A stretch of 64,000 nucleotides of DNA from positions 7,130,001-7,194,000 of the forward strand of contig CDPCPM010000091.1 of NCBI GenBank assembly GCA_976551045.1, written 5' to 3'. The position numbers and the translations under genes were made by a program. Each line of letters opens with the position of its first letter. Within the stretch, counting starts at the first letter, position 1. This DNA comes from Glaucostegus cemiculus (Eukaryota). A model generated the notes under the pieces. The model saw only the letters and a program-made list of their open reading frames with translations, ran no database searches and was not told the origin of the DNA. Positions 48,625 to 60,920 of the stretch are shown one piece after another.

Positions 48625-48932
48625 GACCAGGATCCTAGTCTGCTGGTAGAGCTGCTGCCTCACAGCCCCAGAGATGCAAGTTCATCCTTGACCTCTGTGC
48701 AAACTCCACAGAGGTAACACTTTCTCCTTGTGACCACATGGGTTTCCTCTAGGTGCTCAGGTTTCCTGTGGGTTGGTAGATTAATTGAACACTGTAAGTT
48801 GCCCCAGTATGTAGGTGAGTTGTAGAATCTGTGGGGAGTTGAGGAGAATGTGGGGAGAATAAAATGGGTGCTTGATGGTTGGCAGAAAAGCGATTCGCTG
48901 AAGGATCTATTTTCATGTGGTTTGACTCTAAG
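48625..48932 (+). mobile_element. V-SINE with CR1 tail (HE1-like), degenerate
   Basis: gctggtagagctgctgcctcacagccccagaga..agttcatccttgacctc, catgggtttcctctaggtgctc, ctgtaagttgcccc. Confidence 0.75.
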
Positions 48933-50299
48933 AGAAGTAGAGTTGCATGTCAACAACTGCTGGAAAGATCTGCCTGATCATTTAAGTGAGAGTCAGTTTA
49001 AGCATTCAGCATTATTAAAAGCTGTAAGAGAATAATGCCAGCTACGACTTGGGCCAACGTGCATGATAATCTCGCCAGAAACTAACTTCTTTTTGTGTCG
49101 CCCAACTGTTGATAACATTCAGGCAAGGTGGTCACCGTAAACTGTCATAGGGCGTACAAAATTCTTGCAACAAGATGTCCATACCCAATCAAGGGCTGAT
49201 GTTAAACTCAGAAATATGCACACAACTGAGTCACGGCCGTTACTGCAAATTATGCACTGATGAATTTCTACATCCAGATTTCTTTCATATTTTGAAACCG
49301 TCACATGGAAAATATCTCTTGTATTATTCCCCACCTCATGCAGCACAAGCATTTTCATTCAGACAGGCATCTTGATGCAAGAGCCCCATAGCTAAAGAAA
49401 GGAGATTAGCACCTCATACTTAGCTATCTACATGCACAGTAAATACATGAACAGGATTACATTCTTGCTCTCCATATACTACCATACTGCAGGTTTAACT
49501 GGAATCTTTTTTTACAAACTTTGTAAATTTGATTCCGCTTAACCTCGATGACAATTGTAAACTGAAGATCTTAAATATACCTTGCAGGAACAATCTTGCA
49601 CATGACGCACAGCACATCTCAAACACACAACAAAGATCTGGCTTTTAAGTGCGAAATGTCAGCATGCAAAATATCTAAGCTTTTCATTCAAGGGTTTGAG
49701 ATTCAGCTAGGACTAGAAACGATTCTCTAGTTACAGTACAAAGGAAGGAATGAGAAAATTCTCCTTGTGACCTTCAGTATAATTAAAAATGTGAAGCAAA
49801 AGCACTGGTATGACTCAGATCACATTCAACCATAATATACTGAGAATATACACTGCAAAACATAGATGTGTGTACTGTTGAAACAAAAATACACCTGAAG
49901 CATGGTTGCTGCTTTCCCAAAGTACATCTTGGATGCTGCTGGAGATATTCTCACACTACAGTGACTGCATTATGAATTATCAAAATGAGGAGCTCTGCGG
50001 TAGCTCTGAACACCACACTTTCACTGACTGCCTTGGAGTCCGCTTACCTGCATTGCATAAGCCTTGTTCAGCACCATTAATAGAAACGAGGGATTTAGCA
50101 GAAATCATTGCACAATTTCCTGAGTACTGCTCTACCTGGTACTCCACTTCAAAACACTAACGGCTGATACGAAAAGACGAGGCAGTTTCCCTCATTGTGT
50201 GAAGATTAAATTTCAAGCCCAACATCATCAAACAGGTGTACTTAATAGCAATAAAATAAATTGCCTGAGTTGATACTTTCACTGAAGCAGACAATTATA

Positions 50300-51000
50300 A
50301 AACGCAGAGCAACAAATGGCAGACACTGGAAATTTGAAAGCTCCCTAGAAAGTGTTGGTAAAACTCAGCAAGCCGCATCTGTGAAGAGAAACACTTTCTA
50401 GCAGCCATCGTCAGAATTAGTAAAAGTGAAAAAACCAAGCCCATTTTGAACAGCAAAAGGCGGCAAGGGTGGAGAGAAGAGGGATTGTCTGTGATCAGGC
50501 CCAAGCTATCAACCTGATATTTGAAAAACAGCAGCTAGAGACAGAAGAGAAAGAAACACATTGGAACTGAGAGACATAAGCTTGTGTAGAGACAAACAAA
50601 AGGTAGTTACTTTAAAGTGTAAAATTCAATATTGTCCCAAAGGCTGCAAGACAGAAGATAAGGTACTGTTCTTTGATGTTACTTTGGGCATTTCTAGGAC
50701 AACGTAAGAGGCTGAAGACAGAAGGTTAGACTGGGAATGGAACAGAGATTTAAAGTGACGGATGACATTTGGCTCAGAGTTGACCTGACAAAACACTGCC
50801 GTTCAGTCCGCAAAGTGGACATCCACTCTGTCTTTGGTTTGTCCATTGTGAAGGAGACTACATTATGAGTACTGAATGCAACATTCTAAATTGGAAGAAA
50901 TGCAAGTGAATCACTGCTGCAGGCGTAAGGACTGTTGAGCCCATAGATGGTGGGACGTGAAGAGATAAAAGGGCGAACTTTACAACATCAAGGCAGAATG
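50300..51000 (-). mobile_element. Penelope-like retroelement remnant with GIY-YIG endonuclease C-terminus
   Basis: Minus strand decodes FTCISSNLECCIQYS*CSLLHNGQTKDRVDVHFAD (cf. FTC.SSNLVYCI.C..C.LLYIGETKR.L..RF.EH) and AQSNIKEQYLIFCL..QPLG.NIEF (cf. RKLEEQHLIFRLGTLQP.GLN.EF). Confidence 0.8.
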
Positions 51001-51229
51001 AAAACAGGGTGGCAGATACATAGCTGAGATAGCTTTGGGAATCCATGGCCTTACAACGGATATTGGCTGTTGACTTATGTCCTGGAATTATAAAGCTATT
51101 TTGTCATTTCTTTGTGTCAGAGTGAAAAATAGACAGTTACGAAAATTGCTCCAAATCCAAGTCTACCTGTCTGGCTATCATTTTGATGTTCCTAAATTAG
51201 TTTTTCTTTAAACAAATAATTCCTAGGTG

Positions 51230-51545
51230 GTGGGCTTGGCTGGCATTTATTGTCCATCCTTCCTTTTGCTTGAATTGGGTGGTTTGCCAGTCATTTCAGA
51301 GGGCAGTAAGGAGCTAACTATATTGCTATGGATTTCACTTTGAAGCCAGGCAGCCTAAAGACAACGTACTTCCTTCATTAAGGGAGGTTCATGAACCAGA
51401 TGGGCTTTATGGAAAGTTGGTCAATTAATGGTTAACATGGCTGACGCTAGCTTTATATTTTCAATTTATTTAATTAACAAGATTTTAATGTCATGTCTCC
51501 AGGTTATTAGTCTAGAGCCCTGAATTACTACTAATCCAGGAGCAT
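51230..51545 (-). mobile_element. tRNA-derived SINE, same family as 2225-2520
   Basis: cttccttcattaaggga...tgaaccagatgggcttta is the reverse complement of the 2380-2420 core; tail ggcatttattgtccatcc. Confidence 0.6.
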
Positions 51546-54188
51546 AGCTTTCAGTTTATTGTATATTGAAATACAACAACTGCAACATCACATCATAATT
51601 GCTACCAAGTGGGTTCTGCCCCACAAAAGGATTACCAATATTAAGTCTTCAGAAAAGACATGGGTTTTAAAGTGAGATTCGAGCTTAATGTTTTCAAAAA
51701 TAAATTTACCTTTACTCATCCAAAAATGACAATAACTTTTCTTTACCTACCTTTCAATTTAATGTAACGGAGCTTTAATACTTTTAGACCAACCAGATCC
51801 ATTTTTCTGTCATGGAAACAGGTCACTCCGAAAAGAACAGTCAAAAATTCAAAGGCACCTGTGATGATTCTTTCTATGTTTTGTGCAAAATAAAAATCAA
51901 TCTATTTTTTGGATTAGTTTCTTTTAAAAGACAGAGAATCCAAGTACAAGAGCATTGTACACTACTGCCAACAACTCAGCCCTGTCACTGGGCAGGCAGA
52001 GTAGCTGGGTAAAGGCTCCTTAAGTGTTTATCATGTTCTGTGACTGTCAAGTGAAGAGGTATCTACAGGCTGAGTAATGGGACAGATTTATCTTTTGCAA
52101 CAAGCACTCCCCGGCTGTTTACATCCCAAGGACACTGAGCAAGATGTTATTGGTCTGTAGTGGAAAATGGCAGGCCCACTTTCAGATCACCAAAGTCAAC
52201 AGGAAAGAAGATCAGTGGGCCATATGATGGTCTACCGATTCTTATTTCGCGCTACATTCAAAGACTGATTTCTCCACCAACATCACATCCAAATAAAAAA
52301 AGTTTAATTTCAGCAGTGTTCTATAGTGAGTGTAAAAGATTAGCACTCTGAACTCAGTGCTTTTTTTTGGAATAAGTCCAGTCCTTCAAATACAGGTCAG
52401 TACAAACATCAAATGAGCCTGTAGACAGGTCCAGAGCAAACACGGACCAATAGCTGCCTGAAGTTTTACAGTGGAAGCTTCAGAATTCATACTCTTCCCA
52501 GCTGCTGATTAAGGCGAGGTAAGAAAATGAACCCACTGGTTTCTTGCACCAACTACTCCAGTCTCTGTCTGAGCAGCCATTGTAAAGTCCAGCTTTAATG
52601 CTTCTTCCGAAAACAGGCGCAAGACAATATTGGACTGTGCTCATTTTATGCCCACCTGATAACTGCTCCTATCCATTCAGCTAATGCTTAGTTATACACA
52701 CAAATTCAGCACAGGCTACTACACTGATTCAAAGTGATGCTGTCCTTGTTCTACATCTGTAAGATAAGTCCATCAATATTGAACTTAAGCCCAATATTTT
52801 TACCTCAATAAAAATAATCATTACCCTATCACTCCAGCATCATATTCCACCCATGCAATGGAGTATGGCTGGAGTCAGAACATTGTAGTTTACAGACAGA
52901 GTATAGCTGTAAGCTACAGCGCAAAGAGCTGACAAAGTGAACTCTTCCCCCTCCGGCCTGGATCAAATTCAAACCTTGTGTCCAGAGGATTTACAAAAAA
53001 TATTAATAACTGCTGCACAAAAGCAACAAAGTGCTTCCAAACAAAACAGCTACTATTGATAAACTCAACACACCACAATCTGTTGTCAGCTACATTTAGT
53101 GTTTTAGCAGCCAGTTGAGAGAATGATGGCAGATGTGCTCTCTTTGTTATTTAGTTGGGCAATCAGGGAGCTTGTCAACAAATGCTGCAAACTCATTCAG
53201 AATGAGTAATAGAAAATGGCTGCCTATGTCACTGAGCTGCTTGTCTAATTCTATCTGTGCCAGTCATTCATTGTCAGGACATCGTGGCCCTTGCCAGATG
53301 CTGAAAACAGCATAAGCAATTTCCGTTTATACATTCACTACTTCAGACTGATGTAAAACCTGTTCTAAAATCATTGATATAAATGAATAAAGGCAGACAA
53401 ACATTTAATGTGTGTTGTATTTTCAAACTGTTCAAGAGGAAATCATAATCAAATTGATCTGAATAGGATCAAAAGGATGCTGAAATAATAAAGACAGGAT
53501 TGTTTCCTTCAGTGGCGTCTTATTGTAACTCATTTACTCCACAAGATGCACACAATCTGTGTTTCAATGCAACAGCCTGAATAAGCCACAGAAGTATTAT
53601 TCCATCACTGTTCGAATATAGTTACGAAAGCTAGATGGAGCAAGTTTAGCAAGTGCTGGCTGTACACCAGCAGCTCATCCAAGTCGTCATTTTTCACGCT
53701 TAGAGAGAGAAAGTTGGCAGAATATGCTGGGCCGAGGTTCCCACTAGCCTGCGGGCTCCAAAACCACTCACAGTATTCCCCATACCATCTCAGCAGGCAT
53801 TGGCTTATTTGTGAGACTACAGTGAACAGGCGGCAAGAACAACAGGTGAGACCAGCTTACTCAGTACAGGCCTGGGAAAGAACTCAAACCCTTCCTGCTG
53901 ATTGTGGGACTCAGCACCAACCCCAGTGAGATCAGATGGCAGTGAAGGAGAGGGGGGTGCCGAGGACAGTGAATAATAAGACTCACTTCAAACAGAGATT
54001 CTGATAAAGAAATCTTTAGGTAAACAGCAATAAATCCTGTGCATGGGAGCAAAAGTAAACAAATAAAATTGGTGGATTGTTACAAGACATACAAAATAAT
54101 TCCCAGTAGCAAGATCTGAAGATCAAGAGAAATGTGAAATGATGTGAAATGTCACTTTGGACAATATCAGAATTCAATAAAAGGCATC

Positions 54189-54316
54189 ACTTAACAGTAT
54201 AGTGCTTACAAAGAAGGTTAAAGCTAAAGGTTAAAGGTTAAAGGTTAAAGGTTAAAGCTAAAGGTTAAAGGTTAAAACTTAACAGTATAGTGCTTACAAA
54301 GAAGGTTAAAGCTAAA
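54189..54316. repeat. Perfect 40-bp direct repeat enclosing a (GGTTAAA)n array
   Basis: acttaacagtatagtgcttacaaagaaggttaaagctaaa at 54189-54228 and 54277-54316; spacer = 6x GGTTAAA + 1x GCTAAA. Confidence 0.95.
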
Positions 54317-55849
54317 AAGATAACAATTAAATATAGGAAATTTGTCACAGCTGAGCAGTATGACCCTGGTAACACAGTACATTGAGGTATTTACTCAATG
54401 TATTGGCCATCATTTGGATTTCACACAATGCAGTTAGCACAACTTTAACCTTGTCTCCAGCTGGAACTGTAGGAAGGACAATGATCCAGGGAAGGAAAGG
54501 GCCTCACAAGATGCTTACAAATTTAGAACTCATTTCCTCCTAGGAGAAAAGAAATTATTTGGGGGGAAAAAAGCCACTGGGGAACCAAACCATTTTTATG
54601 ATACCTGACTAAGCAACAATCTGTAGGAGGTTTATGCTGTAACAATGCATTAAGGATCTATACGCACAAGCATTGCTTCTAATCTCTCTGTGGCATTATA
54701 TGGTAACTAAAGCACACTGCAACAAAAAGCAGAGGGTTTAGTTTCTATATTGTTTCCTTTTAGGCTAGGAAGTGCAGTCATTGGCAATGCAATGGTGTTC
54801 ATTGCTAACCTCAAAAGGACAATCTCCTCATATGCCCATGAGGTAAGAATTTCCCCTCGTCTGATCTGTTGGGTTCCGGTACCAGTTCAATAGGAATCCC
54901 TGCTGTCCAGTATTTGAGGTCATCTTGAGCAGTCAATTGCATTAAAGATCACTTAGACACAGCAAACTAATGTAAAACCAGCTCACAGAATCATTGGTAT
55001 AAATGTACGGTATATAAATGGATAAAGATAAAAAATTTACTGTGTGCAGTGCATTCGAACTATTCAAAATAAAATCATAAATTAATTGAATAGGATCAAA
55101 AGGAACACTTTCTGAACATTAAATAGGGTGCTAAATAAAGAATGGAATCTGCACATATAATTGCATAAGCTAAGATTTAATTTTTATCTGTTATTTCAAC
55201 TCCGAGTCCACTATCGTTTGAAATATTTGAGTGAGGAAATCAGAATACACACAAAATTGAACTTACAGGGATGCATACATCCAAGGCAGTAGCTTAATGA
55301 GATATATCCTGTCACATAGATCTCAGGCCACAAAGCTTAACATTTTCTGAGCATTTCATAATGAGACCAGTTTGCAAAAAGCTTAAAATCACATTAATTC
55401 CCTTGATCCCAGTGGAGAAGCCAGCAAACAGCATCTATAAAAGGCACAATAAATCACTGACAGCAATGTTGGAATTTCCACATTAAACAGTGAATACAGG
55501 GAATTCACAAAGTTCCCACAAGTCTTACTTAAATTAACACCAACAGTTTTAGAGTCATTACTACCACAAAATCTTAGCCAACATATTTACTTCAGAACTC
55601 ATGAAGGCCCCTCTTATTTTTGTAATAAATACAAAAAAGATACTATCAAAACTGACTTTTCCTAATCTTTTCTATCACTTCATTGTACTGGCCCCAATCT
55701 CTTTGTGAACAAATTCAAGTCCCAAGCATTCAAATCTCCTCCCCCACCCCCAAACACACACGGTAGATTTTCCCTCTTGGCATCCTTTGCTCTATAAATA
55801 CCACCATGTAAAATGATGAACAAATACTACCTACAAAATCCATAATCTC

Positions 55850-56180
55850 TCAGATTTAAAGTCTCATTCTTCATCTTTAATTTTCTCTGTTATTTCACAC
55901 AAGTTCAGTGCCCTCTAACAGTTGCATATCCCATTCTTACCCTTCCAAATTGTTCCTCTGACTAAACCTCTGCACATAATTCCTTCCTTTTGTTCCTTTA
56001 AACACCAGAGAATAAACCACTAGAATTTCCTTACCAAATCCCTCCACCTCTTTCTCCTTTAAGAGCCTCTCAAAAGCCACTTCTTTGACTAACCCTTCGA
56101 AAACCCTCCTATATTTTTACCCAGTGCCCACTTTCTCTTTGCATGTCTCTCGGGGTCCGTGGGTCTTTATTAAATTGAAA
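55850..56180 (+). mobile_element. L2 LINE 3' remnant
   Basis: atttaaagtctcattcttcatctttaa (FK.LI.+FK) and ctagaatttccttaccaaatccctccacctc..tcctttaagagcctctcaaaagccacttctttgac. Confidence 0.55.
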
Positions 56181-57064
56181 AGGTGCTCCACATATTCAAA
56201 ATGACATCAGCTGTACATTATGGAAGCCTGTAGTTTATGAACCATTTTGAAATGATTAAAAACAATTCAAACAGCGATATTCACTTAGTGTTCCTGACTC
56301 TTTATCAACACAAGCAACTGAGTCTCAATGTTTTTCAAAGCCATGCTCTTGTCAGGAAGTAATAATGGTAACTAGAAATGGCATTTCAATACAGCTACTC
56401 CTTAAGAAAAATGTCCTGACATTTTGATCAAAGTGACGTTCATGTGCCAGTCCAACAATACAACAGAGGCTGTTTGCTGCAACTCCATTTTATTTGTACC
56501 ATATGTCTGGATCCCTTAGCAGTGATGCATTGTGTTTTTCTGCCTTGCATTAACTTTTCTCACCGTGAGAAGCTCCAATCAGACTGCGCGACCACCACTT
56601 CCAACAGGAAATAACTCAATCTAAATTCAGCTGTTCGGAAGACAAGTCTGTCAAACCAACCACAAGGAAAAAAAAAATCAATTCAGCCCAGATATCATTC
56701 CTATATCTCTCAGTTGATCTTAAGATGTAGCAGACAGCAAATTTCCGCAAGACTAAATCCAACCAGTGCTGCCTCACACCAACACACTGACATACTGAAC
56801 CTCACCACAGCTGATTTTCCTGCCTCTGGAATATCAGCTACAACTCAAAATGAACACAAAGAGTGAAAATGTCTTGAATACATAGATTGATAGATACACA
56901 CGTTTTGATACCTTTCTTACAGTTGACAAAATCCAACACAACTTGAATGAGCCAGCCACATACAAATAATGATCAGCAACAAATTAAATTCTTTTTTTTT
57001 CATGGTTTGAATGTTGCATATTTTACCTTTGGCAGTATATTTTTTTTCTACAAAGAGATGCAAA

Positions 57065-57740
57065 CAGAAATTACTTCCACTACACTTGAACCTTCTCTAA
57101 CTGTTCAGTAAGATCATGACTCATGCAAATCCCCAAACTCCAATTTCCTTAAGAGTCCAAAAATATGCCAGTCTCATCCTTGAATACTCTCTGCCTGAGC
57201 ATCCAAGGCGGAATGTTCCAAAGATTTACAATCCTCAGTTAAAGAAATTTCTCATCTCAGTTTTAAACGGCCAACCCCTTATCTTGATATTGTGCCTCCC
57301 AGAACTCAACTCTCCAGGAGAAACAGCTTCTCAATTATCTACCCTGTTAACCCTGATCAGAATCTTTCATCTCAGTGAAATCATCTTTCATTCTTCTGCC
57401 CTGGAGTATGGATCCAAGTTCTATAGAACAAGCCCTTCATCCCAGGGATCAAGCTTGTGAATCAATGGTTCACTGGCTCCAAAGCAAGTAAATCCTCTTA
57501 GGACAGCCCAAAGCTGCACAGTCCTCCATATGAGCTCCCACCACAGCCCCAAACAATTTCAGAAAGTCTTCCTTACTTTGTACTCCAAATACTTAATTGG
57601 CATAAAGGCCAAGATGTTTTCTTATTTGTTTACTGTACTGCAAATTTATATTCCCCATCAATCACCACAGCAATACCTCTGCCATTCTCCAGCTTCTCAC
57701 CACTTAAAAATGCTCTTTTAATTCTTTCTACCAAAATGAG
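57065..57740 (-). mobile_element. CR1 LINE 3' remnant
   Basis: gaatgttccaaagatttacaatcctcagttaaagaaatttctcatctcagttttaaacggccaacccctta = reverse of RGWPFKTEMRNFF..RIVNLWN. Confidence 0.8.
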
Positions 57741-58314
57741 GCCTCCATTGAACAAGGTCTCACTGATCAGGTCAGAACCAGCTTTTTTGTGGAAGTTTGT
57801 GCCAGGGACCCTCTGAAAGTCAGGGGTATTTTAGTGGGTCAGCAACCTGCTCTGTGGAAATTTAGCATTCTATTTATAGTAATCCCTCACCTCCTTACTT
57901 CTACCAGATCCTTTCAATTATTTCTCAAAAGCTAGACCTCTCCACATCAAATGCTCAAGCACTCTACATCCAAATCCACCCTCTCCCTCTTCTCCAGAGG
58001 ATCTCTGAACCCAGCACTCATGAGACCTCCAGCATCCACCTTGCTCCATCTCCCACAGTCTAGAAAACATTTAACTGACAATGAGTCACATTAACTTTAT
58101 TTCATCCCTCTAAGCAAATGCACAAAAAAGTGCTGAAGGAAAAACCAGAATTCAGTTTTTATGAGCCAAAAGCTGTATTAAAATGTAGATTAAGTAAAGG
58201 TCGGTTCTCCCACAATCCTTACTAAATCAAACATCAATTTTTCAACTCTTAAACAAATGCTAGAAATTAGTTGTTTCTAAATCCTGTATTGTGTTCATAA
58301 TGCTATAACTCTTT

Positions 58315-58636
58315 CTTTTTCAATCTTTTTATTAAATTTCAAATTAATACACATAACATTAGTGATTATACATATGGTGCAAAGAGATTGGGATAACAGT
58401 TAATATAGACACTCACAAGGAGTAAAATATATAATCCGAACCTCCCAATCTCTTACTAAGTGAGCATGATACAAAAGAATTTGAAAACAAATTTAATTAT
58501 ATGAAAAGAGAGCCCCCAAATTAAAAAAAAAATAAACAAGAGCAAACTAGAAACTTCAAAACAAAAGCTGGACTGATGATTCTTCAGTAAAAAAAAATTA
58601 TGCCGTTAGCTCCACTCCTCTATATTCAAAGATTAA
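58315..58636 (-). mobile_element. 5'-truncated L1-like 3' end with 18-bp target-site duplication
   Basis: Flanks ataatgctataactcttt (58297-58314) and ataatactataattcttt (58637-58654), 16/18 identical; T-rich sense 3' UTR with AATAAA and A-rich tail. L1 clade assignment is inferred from this structure. Confidence 0.7.
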
Positions 58637-59269
58637 ATAATACTATAATTCTTTATTAAAGTGAGCTATTATTATTGCACTCTCAAGAAACAGAGGTATG
58701 GTTAGATTACAGAAGTAACGGCCATATACACATTATTTAATTTTCTTTCTAACAGCATTGATCTTCTCCATTCATTGGGCAGTAACTCAAACAACTATTG
58801 TTGATGAGATAGACAACTCCTTGCACGTGATGTTGATGAGAATGACAAATTCTTCATAAACATAGGAAGGAAAAAGTTGAACAGTAATGCCATCAATGCA
58901 GTGCCACCACTTTCAGAACCTCAAGGGATTTCACCATTGCATTACAGTGACAAAGTGTCCTAAACTGTCTAACTGGGCTTCCTTGGGTACCACTTCACCT
59001 TAGCAGAAGCAAATGCCCAAAACCAAAATATAATTATACAAAGAGAATAGTGAGAAACTTCGGGACTTTAATTACACTACAAATAAATAGCATGCTACAC
59101 AACCCAGGAGTGTTAATATTATCCACATAACACATTGACCTGTTGAACACAGCACACTAACACTATGCTGTGTGAGGTCACACTTTATTTCAGCATGCAA
59201 TATTCTTGGCAACCTCTGTATTGCTGGGCAGCACAAGTGATTAGCAGCCTACTTTTTTACCAAACCACT

Positions 59270-59304
59270 CTCCCCTCCCCTCCCCTTCCCCCCCCCCCGC
59301 CCCC
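59270..59304 (-). repeat. C-run tract (G-quadruplex potential on the transcribed minus strand)
   Basis: ccccctcccctccccttccccccccccgccccc: at least 4 runs of 4 or more C. Confidence 0.7.
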
Positions 59305-60537
59305 AATGTTGCCTCCACTCAGACTTGGGGAGAAATACTCATTGTGCACAACACGCGAAAACTATCCACAACCATGGTTCAAAATGAGGAGGGTGTAAGA
59401 ATGCAAATGAAGTCACTGGACACACTGTTGTGACTCTGAGCTGGATTGCAATCGAAAGATTCGCCCACTTCATTGAAAGTAACAGAGATCAGTGACCCTG
59501 TTGACAACCAAAAATATAACAACTTACCCATGAAATTTTCAATCAAGATCACTGTTGAGAATTGAAGGTTAAAGAATATTTTCATATTGTTATTAAACCA
59601 GCATCAAGTCTGCCAGATGCCTATATGCAGTTTCCACACGCAACTGTGCGGAGATGAGGCGGTGAGGCTGAACTTTAACCTACAACTTCTTGCTGCACTA
59701 ACCCAGCCTCCACAATGACAGCCGTCTGGTGTGCATCACACTGTGCTGTGTGAAAGAACGGATCTGCACTGTGTCAGGGGACTAATCTTTTTAATTAAGA
59801 ATACAACATTCAATGATAATTATTAATGCATACGTGCAAAGAAAACACTATTGTAACTGGTGAGAAACTACAAGCCATTATGTTTTCCCCAATTAAACCT
59901 TCAACGAGCCTGAAGCAGGATGATGTCAGAACATTTTGACACATTCCCATATTCAGTATGCTCTGCTCCACCAGTCAAACTCCACTCTGAATGCATGACA
60001 GTCACAACATATCCTTTTGTTATTTACACCATTTAGAGCCTTGTTGGCAGAGCATTAAACAAAACTCCTTCACACAGGGACAACTTGAGACAGTGACTGA
60101 ACCAAGGACACGTCCACGCACATGAGATGATGCTCATCCGTTCTCAACAGAGGTTGCCGGTCATTAGACAATTGTAGGGGAATAACATCACCGAGTCCAA
60201 TTCATACCAATAATGTCAGCGGATCAGCAAACAACAATACTGCAGCCCTTCCTTTAAAGATGTAGGTAATGGTCTGTCATTCTTTCTTCATATTGTCTAC
60301 AGCAAGTACAACTTCCAGGGGACAGGGGGAGGCAGGAAGCATTCTCAACTCAGGAGATAGCGAGAAGTCAGCAACTGCAGAGGTGTCAGACAAAGTGGGG
60401 GCAGCAGAGATCGGTTGGGGGAGTGAGGTGGGGGGAAGATGCTTCTTGACTACATGGGAGAAAGTCCTTTGGCTCATCAACTCTATACCGGCTCTCAGAG
60501 CCACCCTTTTCTCCCAATTATCTTCCTGTTCCCTATA

Positions 60538-60775
60538 AGGAGTTTGCCCGTAAAGAGTTTGCACGTTCTCCCCATGTGCGTGAATTTCCTCCGGGTGTTC
60601 CGGTTTCCTCCGACATTCCAAAGACGTGCAGGTTAGGAAGTTGTGGGCATGCTATGTTGGCGCCGGAAGCACGGTGACACTTGCGGGCTGCCCCCCAGAA
60701 CACTCTATGCAAAAAGATGCGTTTCACTGTGTGTTTTGATATACATGTGACAAATAAAGAAATCTTATCTTATCC
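60538..60775 (+). mobile_element. V-domain tRNA-SINE lacking its 5' head
   Basis: gagtttgcacgttctccccatgtgcgtgaatttcctccgggtgttccggtttcctcc...ttgcgggctgcccc; tail aataaagaaatcttatcttatc. Confidence 0.9.
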
Positions 60776-60799
60776 ATCAGAAGTCAATTAACTCCTGAT

Positions 60800-60920
60800 T
60801 CTCCTTCCATCCATTACACTAGTAACCAATTAGCCAACCAACCAGGACATCTTTGGGATGTGGGAGGAAAGCAGAGCACTGTAGCTCACAGGAAGAACGT
60901 GCAAACCCCACACAGGTTGG
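60800..60920 (-). mobile_element. V-SINE fragment
   Basis: catctttgggatgtgggaggaaagcagagcac...cacaggaagaacgtgcaaaccccacaca. Confidence 0.7.

Noticed and set aside
50048-50077. MVLNKAYAMQ followed by strong donor CAG|GTAAGC
   Set aside because: Phase 0, so not in frame with the shared exon; could be a UTR exon but unsupported.
54189-54316. CRISPR-like repeat-spacer-repeat or interstitial telomere
   Set aside because: Eukaryotic intron, only two repeats, spacer derived from the repeat itself; unit TTAAAGG is not vertebrate TTAGGG.
60277-60621. 114-aa Ser/Pro-rich minus-strand ORF
   Set aside because: Starts inside a SINE; the remainder has no recognisable homology or convincing splice sites.
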